Assembly: GCA_943789275.1 (NCBI GenBank)
Contig: CALSTM010000001.1
Location: 120,001 to 152,000 of the forward strand
Source: Candidatus Poseidoniaceae archaeon
Lineage (GTDB): Archaea; Thermoplasmatota; Poseidoniia; Poseidoniales; Poseidoniaceae
DNA: 32,000 nucleotides
Reading direction: 5' to 3'
In this document: one piece after another, positions 31,203 to 32,000 of the stretch
Numbering within the stretch: position 1 is the first letter of the stretch
Layout of the letters: every line of letters begins with the position of its first letter
Notes under the pieces: model-generated
What the model saw: the letters and a program-made list of their open reading frames with translations, nothing else
Database searches by the model: none
Told to the model about the DNA's origin: nothing
Translations under genes and position numbers: made by a program

Positions 31203-32000
31203 TCACCCAAATACGCCGGTGAGTTTTCCATTTTCATCCATGTCCATATCGAGTGCCGCTGGTCGCTTTGCAAGTCCCGGCATGGTCATCATGTTCCCAA
31301 GTACAGCCACAATGAATCCTGCACCAGCATTCAATCGGAATTCACGAACTGGAAGAGTGAATCCAACAGGTGCTCCCAGTTGGCCAGGGTCGTGTGAGAA
31401 TGAATACTGTGTCTTTGCCATACAGACCGGTAAATGTCCGTATCCCCAAGACTGAAGTTTATTCAGCTGCTTCATTGCTGCACTGCTCACTTCCACACCG
31501 TCTGCTTTGTAGATGCGTTGTGCGATTGCTTCCATTTTTTCAAGAACAGGAGTATCTGATGTAAACAGGGGCGTGAAGGGTCTTCCGTTGGCAACATGGT
31601 CATGAACTGCTGCAACAACAGCTTTTGCCAGTTGTTCTCCACCTTTGCCACCGTTTGAATGGACTTCAGTGAGCGTCACATCAGCCGCACCACTCTTTTG
31701 CGCTGCAGTTCGAAGGGCGTCGAGTTCGGCGTCCGTGTCGGATGCGAATCGGTTGATGGATACGATGACAGGCATTCCAAATCCAGCCATGTTCTTGATG
31801 TGACGGTCAAGGTTTCCTTGTGCACCTCGTGTGACTGCATCAACATCTTCCTTTTCGAGTTCTTCTTTCGTAGGTCGATAACCTCCGCGGCTACCAAAAG
31901 CTCCTCCATGAAGTTTCATTGAACGAATGGTGACGTTCATCACGACACAATCTGGAGACTTCCCAGAGTTTGCCGCCTTGATGTGCATGAATTTTTCAGC
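31203..32000 (-). CDS. fhs: Formate--tetrahydrofolate ligase, C-terminal part (5' end lies beyond the window)
   Basis: AEKFMHIKAANSGKSPDCVVMNVTIRSMKLHGG...NLDRHIKNMAGFGMPVIVSINRFASDTDAELD...LPVCMAKTQYSFSHDP matches conserved FTHFS blocks. The frame stays open to position 32000, and the stop lies 5 nt before the pelota start. Confidence 0.9.
   Translation of the reverse strand, partial: AEKFMHIKAANSGKSPDCVVMNVTIRSMKLHGGAFGSRGGYRPTKEELEKEDVDAVTRGAQGNLDRHIKNMAGFGMPVIVSINRFASDTDAELDALRTAAQKSGAADVTLTEVHSNGGKGGEQLAKAVVAAVHDHVANGRPFTPLFTSDTPVLEKMEAIAQRIYKADGVEVSSAAMKQLNKLQSWGYGHLPVCMAKTQYSFSHDPGQLGAPVGFTLPVREFRLNAGAGFIVAVLGNMMTMPGLAKRPAALDMDMDENGKLTGVFG

Noticed and set aside
27358-31564. Small ORFs antisense to PolD-DP1, CinA-like, pelota and fhs (e.g. 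28200-28583, 29046-29363, 30413-30829, 30964-31455)
   Set aside because: All are nested within confidently identified genes on the opposite strand or in another frame. None has a motif.
1-32000. CRISPR arrays, transposases/integrases, rRNA, prophage genes
   Set aside because: I looked for regularly spaced direct repeats, terminal inverted repeats and recombinase-like ORFs on both strands and found none. The only tRNA-adjacent repeat is a short degenerate footprint.

Overview
Archaeal chromosomal window. The markers are the DNA polymerase D small subunit, Pelota, a Nob1-like PIN/Zn-ribbon nuclease, TatA, a MoaD/SAMP-like protein and two tRNAs without encoded CCA. The source is probably an uncultured marine euryarchaeote (Marine Group II/Poseidoniales-like), but that is inference only. 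Compact housekeeping flanks (1-3.7 kb and 26.6-32 kb, several gene pairs with 0-5 nt spacing) bracket a 22.7-kb block of cell-envelope genes, all on the + strand. The block holds a MacB/LolD-type ABC ATPase, a 1,536-aa permease with two FtsX domains and a very large extracytoplasmic domain, a ~1,012-aa CARDB/Fn3-like surface protein, and a ~4,590-aa adhesin (beta-helix repeats, cadherin-like VNDAPV repeats). Both surface-protein genes appear in the ORF track as two overlapping ORFs. Reading the frames shows each is one gene interrupted by a +1 frame change (near 11463-11470, and at a GACAGACA tandem tetranucleotide at 19604-19611). The most unusual observation is at the 3' end of the giant gene. 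After its C-terminal membrane anchor and a short acidic linker, the same frame continues without a stop into a complete archaeal type IV pilin-like module (MA-VSPVIATILMVAITVVLSG... plus a ~150-aa domain, 25848-26384). That sequence normally sits at the extreme N-terminus of a separate small protein. Both surface-protein genes are followed by clusters of GC-rich hairpins and T-runs. No CRISPR array, transposase, integrase or rRNA was seen. All calls come from reading the sequence and translations by eye; no searches were run.
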